From assembly GCA_965650395.1 (NCBI GenBank), contig CBFGON010000001.1:1-61939 (forward strand): a stretch of DNA of 61,939 nt, in the 5' to 3' direction. This stretch comes from an uncultured Qipengyuania sp. Its GTDB lineage: Bacteria; Pseudomonadota; Alphaproteobacteria; Sphingomonadales; Sphingomonadaceae. Under the pieces are notes generated by a model that searched no databases, was not told the origin of the DNA, and saw only the letters and a list, made by a program, of their open reading frames with translations. Numbering within the stretch: position 1 is the first letter of the stretch; every line of letters begins with the position of its first letter. The position numbers were made by a program, and so were the translations under genes. Shown here one piece after another: positions 29,675-38,963 of the stretch.

Positions 29675-30765
29675 GGGGCCTTGATAAGATTGTCGATGCG
29701 GCGGACCAGTTGAGCACCAACGGCGTCAAAACGCTCACGAGAATACAGGTCGAGTACACGTTTTCTTGCAGCCAGTCCCATATCCGAAAGTGCCTCTGGC
29801 GATGTCAGCATTCCGGTCAACGCATCGGCAAGCGCTGTGACATCGCCAACAGGGACACTTCGTCCAATTGCGAGACTGTCGACCGTAATCGGCATCTGAC
29901 CCGTTTGTGACACGATAACCGGCAAGCCAGCCTGCATAGCCTCATGTGCGGCAATGCAGAATCCTTCGCGGCGCGAAGGCTGCACATATAGATGGAGGCT
30001 GGCGAGGAAACTGGCGGGGTCATCGACAAAGCCGCTGAACTTGATCGTATCGATGCCAGCCTGTTTTGCGCGCAGGCGCAGCAATTCACCATCATTCCCG
30101 GTTCCGCCGATTGCGACGCTGAATGATGCTGCCGGCATGAAACCGCGCTGCTTCAGCAGGGTCAGTGCGTCGATCAGGAAATCGTAGCCCTTGTTGGGGT
30201 GTAGCCGACCCAGGCTGCCTATGCGCACCGTTTCGCCTTCGCGCCATGGCTTTGCCAGAGGTGCGTTCGGATCGACTGCAAATATTGGCCAGGTAACAAG
30301 ACTCTCTCGCGGTACGCCCAAACGCTTGGCCGTCAGTTCCGCAACATCCGCGCTGTCTGCCACCCACAGAGCAGAATTGCCGGCGCGCCAGCGAAGCAGC
30401 CGTTCGTTCCATGGTTTGAGGAATGCGTTGTGCTGCCAACTGACAACTGGAAGTCCGGTTCGCGATCCGGCGATCTGGCCCAGCAGTGTAGCCCTGGTGA
30501 GCGAGGTCCAGATGACATCCGCCGACCATTCGCACGCCTGCTGTTCCATCCAGTCTAGTGCCGCGAAATGATCGGTGTCTCCCCCGTCGCGTACAAGAGG
30601 GTCAATGCCTTGATCTTGTAGCCGGGTGATAGCCTTACCGTTACGACGGGTGAGGGCGAACACGCGGACTTCTGCTCCGGCCCTTTCCAATGCGGCCACA
30701 ATCAGCGGTAGAGGACTTTGCGCCCCGCCGCCCTCCATTGAATTGATGAAATAGGCAATCCGCAT
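29671..30765 (-). CDS. GT4-family glycosyltransferase
   Basis: INSMEGGGAQ, LGRLHPNKG, FSGFVDD, YVQPSRREGFCIAAHEAMQAGLPVI. Confidence 0.9.
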   Translation of the reverse strand: MRIAYFINSMEGGGAQSPLPLIVAALERAGAEVRVFALTRRNGKAITRLQDQGIDPLVRDGGDTDHFAALDWMEQQACEWSADVIWTSLTRATLLGQIAGSRTGLPVVSWQHNAFLKPWNERLLRWRAGNSALWVADSADVAELTAKRLGVPRESLVTWPIFAVDPNAPLAKPWREGETVRIGSLGRLHPNKGYDFLIDALTLLKQRGFMPAASFSVAIGGTGNDGELLRLRAKQAGIDTIKFSGFVDDPASFLASLHLYVQPSRREGFCIAAHEAMQAGLPVIVSQTGQMPITVDSLAIGRSVPVGDVTALADALTGMLTSPEALSDMGLAARKRVLDLYSRERFDAVGAQLVRRIDNLIKAP

Positions 30766-30768
30766 TGC

Positions 30769-31941
30769 TCAGCCCTGACGCGCCGCAATCGCGTGCGCAA
30801 TGGCATCAGCAGCGCGCTGTGACGGTGGCGTGTCGGACAGGGCGAATGTATTTGTGATCAGGTTCTGTTGCTCCTGACGATAACTTTCGCCGATCATGGT
30901 CGATTGCTCGATCATCTTCGTGAGGTTCTCGACCGTTTCTGCTGATGGCCCCATGCGCAGGAACGGCAGGGCTTCCTCACCCTCGTTTCGCAGTGCGCCA
31001 TTTGGGTCCAACAGAAAAACTGGACGGGGGCGGATGAGGAACTCGTAAAGCTGGCTTGAAGCGTCGCCGATATAGCCATCGCTGCCGAGCATATAGGACA
31101 TGTCGAACAGGCGTGGGCCATCGATGTCGATCAGGATGTTCGCAGCCTTCATCGCTACGCTCGGGACATCAGGACGTTTCTTAGCCACACGATACTCGGG
31201 CGAGACGTGCACCGCTTTGCGGAACAGCATCACGTGCGGAGCGAAAATCAGATTATAGGCCTGTCCCTGTTCGCTGGAGAACCAGCGCAACAAATCGGGT
31301 CCTGCGTCGTACCAGCTAGACAAGTGCGGATCGAAATGCGGGTTGTAGACGAATGTCGTGCGGCCATTATCGAAGAAGTCAGGCTTTGCCGAAAGGTCGA
31401 TCCGCTCGAATTTGGAATAACCTGTCACCTGAATTTTGGCAGGATCGACACCGTTCGCAGCAAGCTGTGCAGCCATCTTGGGGCCAGCGACGAGGCTGAG
31501 ATCAAACCGGCGGTGGTCAGGGTGAAAGGTCACGCTACGATCGCCTGTGCCGTGCGGTACTCGCACGAAGAGAGGACCGGGAGCATTGCCAATGCGGTCC
31601 TTGACGCGAAGGCAGGTTCGCTCTGTCGAGATCACGGCGTCGCTGCTAGCCAACAGCTCAAAATAGACCTGCAATCGAGCTAGGCGGGACGCAGGAAACA
31701 GCTTGTCGAGCAATCCTGTCGCGCTGCCCAATAGCGGCGGGAGCCGCAGTTCCCGCCAAGTGATCTTCTCTGCATCGACCGGCCCAAGCAGCCCTTCGAT
31801 CCGCGCCCTGATTGCAGGGCTGGCATAGGCAATCATCGTCTCGATCTCGGGATGGTGGCGAGACATTGCCCCAGCAACAGGTGCGAGGTGCGCTACCTGA
31901 TGTGCAGCATCGTGATTGAAGAGAAAAGCAGCCCTTTGCAT
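30769..31941 (-). CDS. TagF-like GT-B fold phosphotransferase (CDP-polyol phosphotransferase-like), uncharacterised
   Basis: PHGTGDR, YNPHFDPHLSSW, FAPH, and YIGDASSQLYEFL..PRP, which resembles the TagF-type 'TDYSS..FD' motif. ATG 31941. Confidence 0.55.
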   Translation of the reverse strand: MQRAAFLFNHDAAHQVAHLAPVAGAMSRHHPEIETMIAYASPAIRARIEGLLGPVDAEKITWRELRLPPLLGSATGLLDKLFPASRLARLQVYFELLASSDAVISTERTCLRVKDRIGNAPGPLFVRVPHGTGDRSVTFHPDHRRFDLSLVAGPKMAAQLAANGVDPAKIQVTGYSKFERIDLSAKPDFFDNGRTTFVYNPHFDPHLSSWYDAGPDLLRWFSSEQGQAYNLIFAPHVMLFRKAVHVSPEYRVAKKRPDVPSVAMKAANILIDIDGPRLFDMSYMLGSDGYIGDASSQLYEFLIRPRPVFLLDPNGALRNEGEEALPFLRMGPSAETVENLTKMIEQSTMIGESYRQEQQNLITNTFALSDTPPSQRAADAIAHAIAARQG

Positions 31942-32075
31942 GGCGTGCGTGCGGATAGGATATGGATTGCCGAATGCAAAGGGATTTGCTCTCTGGCGAC
32001 TATCGACTAGGGGTCCGCCTCTGATCGCCGCTATTCCGGCTCGTTTATCGTTCACGCAGATTGCAAGGGAGCCCT

Positions 32076-33407
32076 GTGGAGACGCACAGCACGATCCGCC
32101 CCCGTCGCAACGGGCTGGCGAATATCGTCAAGAACGTCGCCTGGTTGCTGGGCGGCAAGGGCTTTGGCGCTGTGTGCAGCATCGCCTATCTGGCGATTCT
32201 GTCGCGCTCGCTGGGTCTGAAGGACTTCGGTCACTTCTCACTGATTTTCGCGACCGCATTGGCTCTGGTTGCGGTCGCCAGTTTCCAGACGTGGCAGACA
32301 GTGGTGAAATTCGGCGCAGAGCCGGTACACCGCAAGGACTGGAGTGCGTTCGGCCGGATCGTCTGGATGTGCGGGGCGATCGATGTCGCCGGGGCGATGG
32401 TCGGCTGCGCAATAGCCGCGGCAGTTTTCTACGGCTTCGGCGAAGCGCTCGATCTTAACACGCGCTATGTCGATACAGCGTTCTGGTTCGCATGTGCACT
32501 GGTCTGGTCACGCATGACGACTCCCAATGGCATCGTTCGCGTGCTCGACCGATTTGATTTGGGGATCTACGTTGAAGCAGTTGTGCCAGCGGGACGACTT
32601 CTGGCTTCGTTCGTGATCATCATGACCGGCCCATCGGTCGAGCGTTTCCTGTTTGCCTGGGCATTCTTCGACCTGTTGGCGGGGGCGCTGTACTGGATCG
32701 TTGCCTGGCGTCTCGTCCCCGACGCGCTGCACCGGCGTAACCTTGGACACAAGCGCGAAACGCTGGCCGCAAATCCGGGACTGACCAAGTTCTTTGTCGT
32801 AACCTACTTCACGTCGACGCTTGATGCACTTTACAAACAGGGTCCGCTTTTGGCTGTCGGCTATTTCCTTGGTACCAGTGCTGCGGGACTTTATCGTCTG
32901 GCTGATCAATTGGCGCAGGGTATCGGCAAGACTTCCGGATTGCTGACCCGGGCAATCTTTCCTGAATTTGCGGTCGCCCGAACCACCCATTCGATTGAGC
33001 TGTTCCGCAGGCTTGTGCGCCAGACTACGTTGATTGCGGCTGCGGGTGGCGCGCTGGTAACGCTTCTCGCTGTATTTCTCGGCGAGCCATTGCTGCTGCT
33101 AATTGGCGGTGAGGACTATATTCGCGGTGCTGCCATCCTGATCCCCCTTGCAGTGGGTGCATCATTCGAACTGGCCTCAGTCACCTACGAACCGCTGCTG
33201 TTTTCGACCGGACATGCGACCTACCCACTGGTTATCCGTTTGCTGTCTGTCACCGTGTTGATCGTTGGGATTCTGATGCTCGTGCATATTGGTCCGATCG
33301 GCGTCGGCATTGCTGTTGCGATAGGTCTTGCCGTGCTTTGGGTGGTGATGAGCATTACGGTGCGCCGTGTGATGGTTTCGCTGGCGCGTAAGGAAAAATC
33401 TGCGTGA
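32076..33407 (+). CDS. Wzx/MOP-superfamily oligosaccharide flippase
   Basis: About 12 hydrophobic segments, NVAWLLGGK, LSRSLGLKDFGHF, AAGLYRLADQLA, IFPEF. GTG 32076 follows AAGGGAG. Confidence 0.85.
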   Translation: METHSTIRPRRNGLANIVKNVAWLLGGKGFGAVCSIAYLAILSRSLGLKDFGHFSLIFATALALVAVASFQTWQTVVKFGAEPVHRKDWSAFGRIVWMCGAIDVAGAMVGCAIAAAVFYGFGEALDLNTRYVDTAFWFACALVWSRMTTPNGIVRVLDRFDLGIYVEAVVPAGRLLASFVIIMTGPSVERFLFAWAFFDLLAGALYWIVAWRLVPDALHRRNLGHKRETLAANPGLTKFFVVTYFTSTLDALYKQGPLLAVGYFLGTSAAGLYRLADQLAQGIGKTSGLLTRAIFPEFAVARTTHSIELFRRLVRQTTLIAAAGGALVTLLAVFLGEPLLLLIGGEDYIRGAAILIPLAVGASFELASVTYEPLLFSTGHATYPLVIRLLSVTVLIVGILMLVHIGPIGVGIAVAIGLAVLWVVMSITVRRVMVSLARKEKSA

Positions 33408-34168
33408 CTTATGCTGCGTTGGTACTGGCAGGATCGCGAAGTGATGGCGATCCGTTGGCAGGTGTCGAGGGCAAGTCGCACAAGGCGCTGATCGAACTGG
33501 AGGGGCGTCCGCTGCTGGCGCGCGTTGTTTCCGCTTTGCGCTCTGCGGGTGCAAATCCGATTGCAGTGTGCTGCGACGAGGGGCCCGTAGCCGATCTGGC
33601 CCGTAGCCTGTCGACATTGGTGGTCCCGCCGAAGCCGGGTCCCAGTGCCAGCGTCGCTGTAGGCTTTGCCGAACTTGGTGCGCCGCTACTGGTTACCACG
33701 GCAGACCACGGGCTGCTCGATCCGGCATGGGTGCGCCAGTTAGTTGATCAAACACCTACCGACAGCGATCTGTCCGTTATGCTGGCGGAACGGGCAAGGA
33801 TCGAACTTGCCGTGCCAGGCAGCAAGCGGACCTATCTCAAATTTGCTGACGGACAGTGGTCGGGTTGCAACTTGTTTTACCTCCGGACGGGTAAGGCTGA
33901 ACTGGCGATCGAGACTTGGCAGAGCGTCGAGGCCGATCGCAAGCGGCCGTGGCGGATTGCAGCGCGGCTTGGACCAGGTACTTTGCTGTCCATGTTTCTG
34001 GGGAGGCTTACGCTGGCAGAAGGTTTGGCGCGGCTTGGACGCAAGATCGGCGTGACGGCAAGCCTCGTCGCTGCGGAGAACGGGCTGGCGGCGGTCGATG
34101 TCGATACGCAGAAAGACCTCGACGACATTCGTAGTCTACTTGCGAAAAGTGATTTGCGCGGGTCGTAA
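33404..34168 (+). CDS. MobA-like nucleotidyltransferase (NTP transferase)
   Basis: ALVLAGSR, HKALIELEGRPLL, LVTTADH, AAVDVDT..DL. GTGA overlap with the flippase stop. Confidence 0.82.
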   Translation: MTYAALVLAGSRSDGDPLAGVEGKSHKALIELEGRPLLARVVSALRSAGANPIAVCCDEGPVADLARSLSTLVVPPKPGPSASVAVGFAELGAPLLVTTADHGLLDPAWVRQLVDQTPTDSDLSVMLAERARIELAVPGSKRTYLKFADGQWSGCNLFYLRTGKAELAIETWQSVEADRKRPWRIAARLGPGTLLSMFLGRLTLAEGLARLGRKIGVTASLVAAENGLAAVDVDTQKDLDDIRSLLAKSDLRGS

Positions 34169-34216
34169 TTCCGGTAAGATGTCACGGGAACACAGGGGTC
34201 GAGGGAGCGCTGCCAT

Positions 34217-34852
34217 ATGCCCATAAAGGCTTGGTACGATGCGCATATCATGCCGCGCGTCATTACCATGGCATGCGGGCAAAGGGCGATCGAGAAGCGG
34301 CGGCGGCAAGTCATTCCCTTGGCGCAGGGCCGTGTCTTCGAACTCGGTTGCGGTGGCGGGCTCAACCAGGCGCTGTATGACGGTGCGAAGGTAACTTCCT
34401 TCTCCGGTATCGATCCGCACTCAAAGCTGCTCGACGGCGCGCGCGAACGGGCAAAGGCGCGCGGATGGGAACATGACATTCGCGAAGGCAGAGGCGAGGA
34501 TATTCCCTTCGCCGACAGCAGTTTCGATACGGTCGTGTGTACCTATACACTATGTTCGGTGGACGATCCGGCGCGCGTGCTCGAAGAATTGCGGCGCATT
34601 CTCAGGCCGGGCGGGGTGCTGCTATTCCTTGAGCACGGTCGAGCGCCTGATCCCGAGATCGCCCGTTGGCAGGAGCGGATCGAACCTGTCTGGAAACCGC
34701 TTGCAGGCGGATGCCATCTGACTCGACCCATCGGCGCGGCCTTGCGCGGCGCCGGGTTCGACGTCGAGCCAATCGGTCAGGCCTATCTGCCCAAAGCGCC
34801 CAAGGTCATGGGCTGGATGGAATGGGGTGTGGCGCGGCGCGTGGGCGCCTGA
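34217..34852 (+). CDS. Class I SAM-dependent methyltransferase (Methyltransf_11 type)
   Basis: VFELGCGGG, IPFADSSFDTVV, LCSV, LRPGG, GGCHL. Confidence 0.88.
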   Translation: MPIKAWYDAHIMPRVITMACGQRAIEKRRRQVIPLAQGRVFELGCGGGLNQALYDGAKVTSFSGIDPHSKLLDGARERAKARGWEHDIREGRGEDIPFADSSFDTVVCTYTLCSVDDPARVLEELRRILRPGGVLLFLEHGRAPDPEIARWQERIEPVWKPLAGGCHLTRPIGAALRGAGFDVEPIGQAYLPKAPKVMGWMEWGVARRVGA

Positions 34853-34862
34853 CTGGCGGCCA

Positions 34863-34899
34863 GACCTCCCCGCGAGCCACAAGGCTGAACGGGGAGGTC
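34863..34899. terminator. GC-rich hairpin between convergent genes (methyltransferase and rne)
   Basis: GACCTCCCCG (34863-34872) pairs perfectly with CGGGGAGGTC (34890-34899), with an inner AGCC/GGCT stem. There is no clear U-tract. Confidence 0.5.
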
Positions 34900-34906
34900 A
34901 GCACAT

Positions 34907-37579
34907 TCACTCGCCGAAGGTACGCTGCCACCAGCCACGCTTGGGTGAGCCGTCGTCACTTGCAGGGGTTTCCGCGGCTGGAGCCTCTACTGCTGTCGTG
35001 GCAACCGGCGCATCGTCTGCCTTCTTGCGGCGGCTGCGCTTGGGCTTTTCTACGGTGGCGGCAGGTTCAGCCGGTACGTCGTCAGCCGACTTCACGGCCT
35101 TCTTGCGTGTCCGCTTGGGCTTTGCGGGTTCGGCCACAGGAGCTTCTTCGACCGCAACTTCTGCATCGGCCTTCTTGCGGCGGGTGCGCTTGGGCTTGGG
35201 AGCTTCTTCAGCCTCCACCTCTGCCACTTCAGCAGTTTCGGCAGGAGCTTCGTCTGCAACCTTCTTGCGACGCGAGGCGCGCTTCTTTGGTGCAGGCTCC
35301 TCGATCGGCGTTTCAGGTTCGGCTTCGGCGGTCACTTCGCCGGAGGTCTCTTCGGTAACTTCATCCGCGTCTGCAGCCTCGTCACCGCCTGCTTCGTCAC
35401 CATTCCGGCCGCGTCCGCGACCACCGCGACGACGACCGCCACGGCGGCGGCGCTTCTTGGGACGGTCCTCGCCGTCATCTTCTACGCGTTCGTCCTGCGT
35501 CGATTCGGATTCCTCTTCCGCCTCGGCATCGTCTTCGCTGTCCCCGCCTTCGTCCTGCTCGCGGTTCTTGTTGCGACCGCGACCGCCACGACGCCGGCGG
35601 CGCTTCTTGCGCGGCCGATCATCGTCCCGCGCATCGCCGTCCTCATCTTCGTCTTCGACGTCCTCGATAATGTCCTCGTCATCTTCATCGTCCTCCACGA
35701 CGACGGCTTCGAACCGAGGCATTTCCTTGGGCTTCGGGCCATGGCTCGAGACGCTCATCTTGGCGCCTTCGTCCTCGCCCTCGGGAACGACTTCGATGGT
35801 CACGCCATAGCGCTCCTCGATCTCGACGAGGTCGTGACGCTTTTCGTTGAGCAGATAGACTGCCGCTTCGGTGCTGGCTGCAAGGCGGATATGCGTGCCT
35901 TTGCCCTTGGCCGCTTCCTCTTCGATCAGGCGAAGCGCCGAAAGACCCGCAGATGACGCGGTGCGTACAAGGCCTGTACCATCGCAATGCGGGCATTCGC
36001 GCGTCGTCGCTTCAAGCACGCCCGTGCGCAGACGCTGGCGGCTCATTTCCATCAGACCGAAGCTGGAGATACGCCCCACCTGAATGCGCGCGCGGTCGCT
36101 CTTCAGGGCGTCCTTCATGGCGCGCTCGACCTTGCGGGTATTCGAGTGGTGCTCCTGGTCGATAAAGTCGATCACCACCAGACCTGCCATATCACGCAGG
36201 CGCAGTTGGCGGGCGATTTCCTTGGCGGCTTCGAGATTGGTCGAAAGCGCCGTCTGCTCGATATTGTGCTCCTTGGTGGAGCGACCCGAGTTAATGTCGA
36301 TCGACACCAGCGCCTCGGTCGGGTTGATCACCAGATAGCCACCGCTCTTGAGCTGGACCACCGGGTCATACATGGCCTTGAGCTGGTCTTCAGCGCCGTA
36401 ACGCTGGAACAGGGGCACCGGATCGGCATATTGCTTCACGCGGCGCGCATGGCTGGGCATGAGCATCTTCATGAAGGCCTTGGCCGATTTGTAGCCATCA
36501 TCGCCTTCGACGACGACTTCCTCGATTTCCTTGTTGTATATGTCGCGGATTGCACGCTTGATCAGGTCGCTGTCCGAATGGATCAGCGCCGGTGCAGCAG
36601 ATGCCAGTGTGTTTTCGCGGATCTCGTCCCACAGGCGGGCGAGATAATCGAAGTCGCGCTTGATCTCGGTCTTGGTGCGTTGCAGGCCAGCAGTACGAAC
36701 GATCAGGCCCATTGATTTCGGCAGTGAAAGATCGCCGACAATCTGCTTCAGCCGCTTGCGGTCGCTTGCTGAATTGATCTTGCGGCTGATGCCACCGCCG
36801 TGGCTGCTGTTGGGCATCAGCACGGTGTAACGGCCTGCGAGGCTGAGATAGGTGGTGAGGGCAGCGCCCTTGTTGCCGCGCTCTTCCTTGACGACCTGCA
36901 CCAGCAGAACCTGACGACGCTGGATAACGTCCTGAATCTTGTATTTGCGGCGCAGCGCCATGCGTTTGGCACGGGCTTCGTCGACTTCCTTGGCGCGGCT
37001 GCGGCCGCCCTTGCCCTGTCGGCGACCGCGACCACGGCGACCGCGATCCTTGCCCTTTTCCTCGGCAGATTCCTCGCCGTCGTCCTCGTCTTCTTCGTCG
37101 CTGTCGTCGTCGAGATGGCCTTCCTCGATCGTGGCGACATCATCCTTGTCGGAGGTGTCGACTTCTTCGAGGCCGTCCTCGGCCAGGTCTTCGACAAGCG
37201 CTTCGGAGCTCTCGTCTTCGGCGTCATACTCGTCGCCGGGCATCTCGCCGCGCTCTTCCTCTTCGGCGCGCAGGCGGGCTTCTTCCTCGGCGACTTCGGC
37301 CTCTGCAGCGAGCAGGGCTTCACGGTCTTCCTTCGGAATCTGATAATAGTCAGGATGGATTTCGCTGAAGGCCAGGAAGCCGTGCCGGTTGCCGCCGAAA
37401 TCGACGAACGCCGCCTGCAGCGAGGGCTCGACCCTCGTTACCTTTGCGAGATAGATATTGCCTTTGATCTGCTTCTTGTCGGCAGATTCGAAATCGAATT
37501 CCTCAATCCGGTTTCCCTTGAGGACCGCCACCCGGGTTTCTTCCTGGTGGCGCGCGTCGATCAACATGCGCGTTGCCAT
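34907..37579 (-). CDS. rne: Ribonuclease E
   Basis: MLIDARHQEETRVAV, GNIYLAKVTRVEPSLQAAFV, KEERGNKGA, DINSGRS, RLRDMAGLVVIDFID, Zn-link CPHCDG, charged disordered C-terminus ending RGWWQRTFGE. Confidence 0.97.
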   Translation of the reverse strand: MATRMLIDARHQEETRVAVLKGNRIEEFDFESADKKQIKGNIYLAKVTRVEPSLQAAFVDFGGNRHGFLAFSEIHPDYYQIPKEDREALLAAEAEVAEEEARLRAEEEERGEMPGDEYDAEDESSEALVEDLAEDGLEEVDTSDKDDVATIEEGHLDDDSDEEDEDDGEESAEEKGKDRGRRGRGRRQGKGGRSRAKEVDEARAKRMALRRKYKIQDVIQRRQVLLVQVVKEERGNKGAALTTYLSLAGRYTVLMPNSSHGGGISRKINSASDRKRLKQIVGDLSLPKSMGLIVRTAGLQRTKTEIKRDFDYLARLWDEIRENTLASAAPALIHSDSDLIKRAIRDIYNKEIEEVVVEGDDGYKSAKAFMKMLMPSHARRVKQYADPVPLFQRYGAEDQLKAMYDPVVQLKSGGYLVINPTEALVSIDINSGRSTKEHNIEQTALSTNLEAAKEIARQLRLRDMAGLVVIDFIDQEHHSNTRKVERAMKDALKSDRARIQVGRISSFGLMEMSRQRLRTGVLEATTRECPHCDGTGLVRTASSAGLSALRLIEEEAAKGKGTHIRLAASTEAAVYLLNEKRHDLVEIEERYGVTIEVVPEGEDEGAKMSVSSHGPKPKEMPRFEAVVVEDDEDDEDIIEDVEDEDEDGDARDDDRPRKKRRRRRGGRGRNKNREQDEGGDSEDDAEAEEESESTQDERVEDDGEDRPKKRRRRGGRRRGGRGRGRNGDEAGGDEAADADEVTEETSGEVTAEAEPETPIEEPAPKKRASRRKKVADEAPAETAEVAEVEAEEAPKPKRTRRKKADAEVAVEEAPVAEPAKPKRTRKKAVKSADDVPAEPAATVEKPKRSRRKKADDAPVATTAVEAPAAETPASDDGSPKRGWWQRTFGE

Positions 37580-38017
37580 TGGTAATTCTCCATGCGCAGC
37601 GGGGCGGGGCATGCCCGCCGTTCCTGCCGCGCGACTGTGTAGGATATCCGCCTGTCCGCAAGGGAGCGACGGCGTTAGTGGCCCGGACCTTCGTCATTTG
37701 CGAAGGGCGGGTATTCGTGTCTGCCGGAGTTCCCTGGCGCTCAATTTGCGCCGACCTGAGCGACCACGCTGCGAAACGGAAATCCGCCTGCATCGATTCG
37801 GTCAGGAATGTCGGGGAAGTGTCCTGCATCAACCTGTTCATTCGGGGCCGTGCCGGGATGGCAGCGGCAGGTCCGGTTCGGTGACCCTCTTCGTCGCGGT
37901 TACTTTCGCGCCGATCGGAGGCACCGGTTTTCCGGGTCCGGTTTCGCTAGCACCGTGGGTATCGCTCGGCAACTATATTGCGTTGTCCTTGCGGAAACCC
38001 TTAATCATTGCAGCATC

Positions 38018-38881
38018 ATGTCGACGCGCGCGCAAATCCTGCTTCTGGTGCTGCTGCCCGTGGCAATTCTTGCGGGGCTGATCGGCCTTGCTCGAGAGCT
38101 TGGGCTGGCGGGACAGGGACCGGGTTTCGTCACACGGATCGCACTGTCGCACGATAGCACCGGGCCAGACCTGCCGGACGTGGCCGGCGATGCTGCGCTT
38201 CCTCTTGTCGTTATTGACGCAGGACATGGCGGGCATGATCCAGGAGCATCGAGCCAGAACTATGTCGAAAAGAAGCTGGTGCTCGATCTTACCCATGCCC
38301 TGCGTGACGAAATCGAACGTGAGGGATTTGCGCGGGTAGCGCTGACGCGCGACGACGACCGTTACCTTCTGCACTCAGAACGGTACGAAATTGCCCGGCG
38401 ACTGGATGCCGACCTTTTTCTGTCGATCCACGCCGACAGCGCGGGAGAGCAGGGCGAGGTGGCTGGGGCGAGCATCTATACACTGTCGAATGCTGCATCG
38501 AGCGAAGCCGCAGCACGTTTTGCTGCGCGCGAAAATGCTTCGGACAACCTCAACGGGGTCGATTTGGGCGGGCAGAGCGACAGCGTGAGCGAAATCCTGA
38601 TCGAACTGTCGCAACGCCGCACGCAGGAGCAGTCGGACGAGTTCTCTGGGCTGATTGCGAGAGAAGGTGAGGGAGTTCTGACCTTCCATCCGCAAGCACG
38701 CCGCTCTGCCGCCCTCAAAGTGCTCCGTGCGCCGGACATTCCTTCGGTGCTGTTCGAGAGCGGTTTCATCTCCAACGAAGCCGACGCCGCGCGTCTGGCA
38801 TCCCCGGAAGGTCGCAAGCGTTTCGCCGAGGTGATGGCGCGGGCAATACGGATCTACTTTGCGCGACAGACTTCGGAGTGA
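38018..38881 (+). CDS. N-acetylmuramoyl-L-alanine amidase (Amidase_3)
   Basis: N-terminal TM/signal; VVIDAGHGGHDPGA, EK, LTRDDD, FLSIHADS, VLRAPDIPSVLFESGFISN. Confidence 0.92.
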   Translation: MSTRAQILLLVLLPVAILAGLIGLARELGLAGQGPGFVTRIALSHDSTGPDLPDVAGDAALPLVVIDAGHGGHDPGASSQNYVEKKLVLDLTHALRDEIEREGFARVALTRDDDRYLLHSERYEIARRLDADLFLSIHADSAGEQGEVAGASIYTLSNAASSEAAARFAARENASDNLNGVDLGGQSDSVSEILIELSQRRTQEQSDEFSGLIAREGEGVLTFHPQARRSAALKVLRAPDIPSVLFESGFISNEADAARLASPEGRKRFAEVMARAIRIYFARQTSE

Positions 38882-38963
38882 GATGCTGACGGGGTCAAAA
38901 TCCCGCCAAGCGATTCTTGTTCTGGCATAGGTTTGAAATCGCGTGCTAGAGGCACGCCAGATC

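Noticed and set aside
34666-35810. Ser/Arg-rich plus-strand ORFs of 230 and 327 aa and repeat-like DNA
   Set aside because: Mirror of the low-complexity RNase E C-terminus; not separate genes or a DNA repeat array.
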